Shown here in pieces: positions 60,681 to 64,000 of a stretch of 64,000 bases of DNA. This stretch comes from Alphaproteobacteria bacterium. GTDB lineage: Bacteria; Pseudomonadota; Alphaproteobacteria; Bin95. The stretch covers positions 128,001 to 192,000 of the forward strand of contig OZ219788.1 in NCBI GenBank assembly GCA_964291285.2, given 5' to 3'. A model generated the notes under the pieces. That model was not told where the DNA came from. It saw nothing but the letters and a program-made list of their open reading frames with translations, and did no database searches. The stretch's first letter is position 1, and every line of letters starts with the position of its first letter. A program made the position numbers and the translations under genes.

Positions 60681-61610
60681 TTACAGCCTGTCGGTGTATT
60701 GCGCCACGAAATCGAAGTCGAGCAGCCGCCTGTAGGCCTCCATGAGGCGCGCCGTCACCGGTCCGGGCAGGTTGCCTTCGCCGATCCTGCGCCCGTTGAC
60801 CGAGGCGACCGGCACCATGCACAGGCTGGTCGATGTCAGGAAGCATTCGTCGCTGGTGAACGCGTCGAACAGGTCGAGGTCGGTCTCATGGACCGCGATG
60901 CCTTCGTCGCCGGCCAGTTCGATCACCGTCTCGCGGCTGATGCCCGGCAGCACGAACCGGGCCCGCGGGGTGAAGAGCCCACCGTCGCGGACGAAGAAGA
61001 TGTTGCTGCCGAGCCCTTCTGCAAGATTGCCGTCATGGTCGAGCAGGATGGCCCACGCCTGCGGGTCCTGGGCGCGCACCTCGCGGTCGGCGATCTGGAG
61101 ATTGATGTAGTTCTGTGTCTTGGCCCGCGGGCTGACCGCGTCGGGCGGCGTGCGGCGGGTGGCGGGTATCTGCACGCGGACGCCGTCCCTGTAGAGCGGC
61201 GCGCGGGCCTTGAGCGGCAGCGGCGTGCATTCGACGATGACCGTGGGCCGCGCCTCGCCGTCGCTGAGAAAGGGGTCGGCGACGCCGGGGCTCACCCGCT
61301 GGAACAGCCAGTAGTCCTCGTCGGAGGCGATGAGATGCAGGTTGCGCTCCAGCACCTCATGGGAGATGGACAGCATCTCCTCCCGGCTGAGGCCCGAATC
61401 GATCTGGAGATAGCGCATCGAGCGGTAGAGCCGGTCGATATGCTCCTCCAGCCTGAACGGCTTGTGCCGGACGGTGCGCGCCGTGTCGAACACCGCCTCG
61501 CCATATTTGAACCCCCGGTCGCGGAACGAGACCAGCACCCGGCTCTCGGGCTTGATCTCGCCATTGTGGTAGGCGACCCGTTCATTGGCGTGTTGAACCA
61601 TGATGTGCAC
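60681..61610 (-). CDS. Aminotransferase class IV
   Basis: DRGF.YG..VF, H..RL..S, AKTQNY, EG.GSN.F, LPGISR. Confidence 0.9.
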   Translation of the reverse strand: MHIMVQHANERVAYHNGEIKPESRVLVSFRDRGFKYGEAVFDTARTVRHKPFRLEEHIDRLYRSMRYLQIDSGLSREEMLSISHEVLERNLHLIASDEDYWLFQRVSPGVADPFLSDGEARPTVIVECTPLPLKARAPLYRDGVRVQIPATRRTPPDAVSPRAKTQNYINLQIADREVRAQDPQAWAILLDHDGNLAEGLGSNIFFVRDGGLFTPRARFVLPGISRETVIELAGDEGIAVHETDLDLFDAFTSDECFLTSTSLCMVPVASVNGRRIGEGNLPGPVTARLMEAYRRLLDFDFVAQYTDRL

Positions 61611-61658
61611 CCCGGTGCTGTAAGGCGGTTTCCTGGACTCGATGCGACGCGGCCCCGG

Positions 61659-62918
61659 CTAATGGGCGCCGGCGAGTTCGGCAATGGCGACCGCGATCAC
61701 CCTTGCGCCTTCCGCGAGGTCTTCGGGCTTCGCGTTTTCCGCCTCGTTGTGGCTGATCCCCTTTTCGCAGGGCACGAATACCATGGCTGAAGGACAAAGC
61801 AGGGCCATGTTGCGCGCATCGTGGCCGGCGCCGGAATAAAGGTCCATGTGGGACGCGCCCACCACTTCGACGGCATGGCGCACGGCGTCGATCGCGGCCC
61901 CGTGGAAATCGACGGAGGACGCGGCCTGCGGCTCCTCGATGCTCACGCCGCACGGGCCCGCCAGCGCCTCGCAGAGCGGCTGGATGGCGTCGCCCAGCCG
62001 GGCTCGCAGCGCGTCGTCCGGATGGCGGAAGTCGATGGAGAAGCGCACCCGCCCCGGCACGACCGAGGGCGCGCCCGGGAACGCCTCGAACGCCCCGATG
62101 GTGAACCGCAGCAGGTCGTCGGCGTCCTCCATCATCCGGTGCAGGGCCTGGACCATGCATGCCGCCGCGAGGACGGCATCCTTGCGCCGCCGTCTGGGCG
62201 TGGTGCCGGCATGGGCCTCCTCGCCCGTTACCTCAACCTGGAACTTGCGCGTGCCCTGTATGCCGGTGACGACGCCGATGGTGTTGCCGGTCTCCTCCAG
62301 GCGCGGCGCCTGCTCGATATGCCCTTCGATGAAGGCGCCCATCGGCGCGGCCAGCGCCCGCCCATCGACCGGAGCGACGGAGGCGAGCACGGGGCCGAGC
62401 TTCTCCAGTTCGTCGCCCAGGCGCACGCCGGCCCTGTCGCGCACCTCAAGCATGGTCTGCAGGGTCGGCGGGTCCGCATAGACGCCCGAGCCCATCACGC
62501 CCGGCACGAAGCGCCCGCCTTCCTCATTGGTCCAGTTGACGACCTCGACCGGCGCGCGGGTTCGCACGCCCGCGCGTTCAAGCGCGAACAACGCCTCCAG
62601 CCCCGCCAGCACGCCGAAGCTGCCGTCGAAGCGCCCGCCCGTCGGCTGCGAGTCCAGATGCGAACCGGTGGTCACGGGCGGCAGGTCCGGGTCCAGCCCC
62701 TCGCGGCGCAGGAACATGTTGCCGATGGCGTCCACGGCGAGCGAGAAGCCCGCATCCCTGCCCCACTCCGCAAAGACGCGCCGCGCGTCGAAATCCTCCG
62801 GCGTCAGCGCCTCTCGGCACACGCCGCCCTTCGCCGTCGCGCCGAACCGCGCCATCTCCTCATGCATCTTCCAGAGCCCGGCCTCGTCCACGCCCGCCGC
62901 AACACGCTCAAGGACCAT
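61659..62918 (-). CDS. M20 Zn-dependent amidohydrolase (N-carbamoylase/allantoate amidohydrolase family)
   Basis: GSHLDSQ..GGRFDG, NEEG.RF, E.HIEQ, HAGTTP, SGAGHDA, GISHN..E. Confidence 0.92.
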   Translation of the reverse strand: MVLERVAAGVDEAGLWKMHEEMARFGATAKGGVCREALTPEDFDARRVFAEWGRDAGFSLAVDAIGNMFLRREGLDPDLPPVTTGSHLDSQPTGGRFDGSFGVLAGLEALFALERAGVRTRAPVEVVNWTNEEGGRFVPGVMGSGVYADPPTLQTMLEVRDRAGVRLGDELEKLGPVLASVAPVDGRALAAPMGAFIEGHIEQAPRLEETGNTIGVVTGIQGTRKFQVEVTGEEAHAGTTPRRRRKDAVLAAACMVQALHRMMEDADDLLRFTIGAFEAFPGAPSVVPGRVRFSIDFRHPDDALRARLGDAIQPLCEALAGPCGVSIEEPQAASSVDFHGAAIDAVRHAVEVVGASHMDLYSGAGHDARNMALLCPSAMVFVPCEKGISHNEAENAKPEDLAEGARVIAVAIAELAGAH

Positions 62919-62968
62919 GACGGCCTCCTCGTTCCCGATCCGACCCCGACGCTGTAAACTCCGGCCCC

Positions 62969-63811
62969 ATGCAGGGCAAGACCGCACTCGTCACCGGCGG
63001 CACGGCTGGCATCGGTTTCGTCACCGCCCGCGCGTTGGCAGAGAAGGGCGCGGCCGTCACCATTGTCGGCCGCAACCCGCAGCGCGGCGAGCAGGCGGCG
63101 CGGGCGATCCGGGCGGAGGTTCCGGGGGCGGAAATCCGCTTCGAGCGCGCCGACCTCTCGCTGCTCGACGAAAATCGCCGGCTCGCCCGCAACATTGCCG
63201 AGTCCGTGGACCGGCTGGATGTGCTGGTGAACAATGCCGGCGCCATCTTCTCCCGCCGGCAGGTGACGGCGGACGGCCTCGAAGCCACCTTCGCCCTCAA
63301 CCACATGAGCTATTTCCTGCTCACCAACCTGCTGCTGAACCGGCTCAGGGCGGCGGAGGCGGGACGCATCGTCGTCGTCGCCTCCATTGCCCACCGGCGG
63401 GCCGAGTTCGACTTCAACGACCTGCAATGCGAGCGCCGCTACAGCGTGCGGACCGCCTACAGCCGCTCCAAGCTCGCCAATGTGATGTTCGCCTACGCGC
63501 TGGCGCGGCGGCTGGAGGGCAGCCCGGTCACGGTCAACGCGCTGCATCCGGGCCTGGTGGCAAGCCGCTTCGGCAGCAACAATGGCTGGCTGTTCCGCAA
63601 CGCGGTCAAGCTCGGCTTTCGCCTCAGCGGCGCCATCGGCGTCGAGGAGGGCGCGGAACTCAACATCCGCCTCGCCTCCGACCCGGCGCTGGCAGGCGTC
63701 AGCGGCCGTTACTTTTCCGACGGCAGGGAGGCGCGGTCCTCCGCCGCCTCGCTCTCCGTCGAGGACCAGGAACGCCTCTGGGCCGCCAGCGAAGCCATCG
63801 CCGCGAGTTAG
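62969..63811 (+). CDS. SDR family oxidoreductase (retinol dehydrogenase-like)
   Basis: TGGTAGIG, ADLS, NNAG, NH..YFLLT, YSRSKLAN, HPG. Confidence 0.92.
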   Translation: MQGKTALVTGGTAGIGFVTARALAEKGAAVTIVGRNPQRGEQAARAIRAEVPGAEIRFERADLSLLDENRRLARNIAESVDRLDVLVNNAGAIFSRRQVTADGLEATFALNHMSYFLLTNLLLNRLRAAEAGRIVVVASIAHRRAEFDFNDLQCERRYSVRTAYSRSKLANVMFAYALARRLEGSPVTVNALHPGLVASRFGSNNGWLFRNAVKLGFRLSGAIGVEEGAELNIRLASDPALAGVSGRYFSDGREARSSAASLSVEDQERLWAASEAIAAS

Positions 63812-63865
63812 AGCCGGCAAGTCGGAGTCCATTGAATTCCGGACGCGAACGGGTAAAATAGCGTC

Positions 63866-63937
63866 AGGTGCCGGAAGCATTCCGTACTCCTCTCATGCCT
63901 TCGGGCGAGCGCGGGGGTTACGACCCGCCCGGCACCT
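63866..63937. other. Structured intergenic element (perfect 9-bp outer stem enclosing two hairpins)
   Basis: AGGTGCCGG (63866-63874) pairs with CCGGCACCT (63929-63937); inner imperfect stems AAGCAT/ATGCCT and GGGCG/CGCCC. Confidence 0.35.
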
Positions 63938-64000
63938 AACCTACCGTCCCAAGGGAACAATCCTGTCAAGCTGACGCTGCGCGGATCGGAGATTATGTTC

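Noticed and set aside
62804-63880. 358-aa minus-strand ORF with a good SD
   Set aside because: It is almost entirely antisense to a clear SDR gene and has the typical antisense-shadow composition.

Overview
A high-GC alphaproteobacterial chromosome segment (Rhodospirillales-like gene order). A marine or host-associated lifestyle is inferred from dddL, a TAT-less reductive dehalogenase, F420 genes and a Sel1 protein. Positions ~12.5-64 kb are mostly core and metabolic genes: valine catabolism plus an amidinotransferase, prmC-prfA-hisS-ispG-rodZ-ptsP-lysC/ubiG, typA, leuB, a nucleoside ABC transporter, rnr-topA-dprA-plsY, cofD-cofE-npdG, fbaB and tRNA-Arg(CCT). The most unusual part is ~0.3-12.3 kb. 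It holds a molybdate/tungstate uptake cluster (ModABC, MOT1, TupBCA, a class III SBP ABC system and an excisionase-HTH/PBP regulator) bracketed by two inverted, diverged copies of an unannotated element. Each copy has an extended -10 promoter, a conserved ~200-nt GC-rich leader, an ORF, and an array of CATGACA repeats at 10-bp period. The ORF is an orphan terminase-small-subunit-like gene on the left and a short REP-containing ORF on the right. Other oddities are a UbiG/nitrile-hydratase-beta-like fusion, an MFS gene with one premature stop, a vapBC remnant, an HTH/Zn-ribbon gene coupled to leuB, and a structured element at the right end. All calls come from reading motifs by eye; no searches were run.
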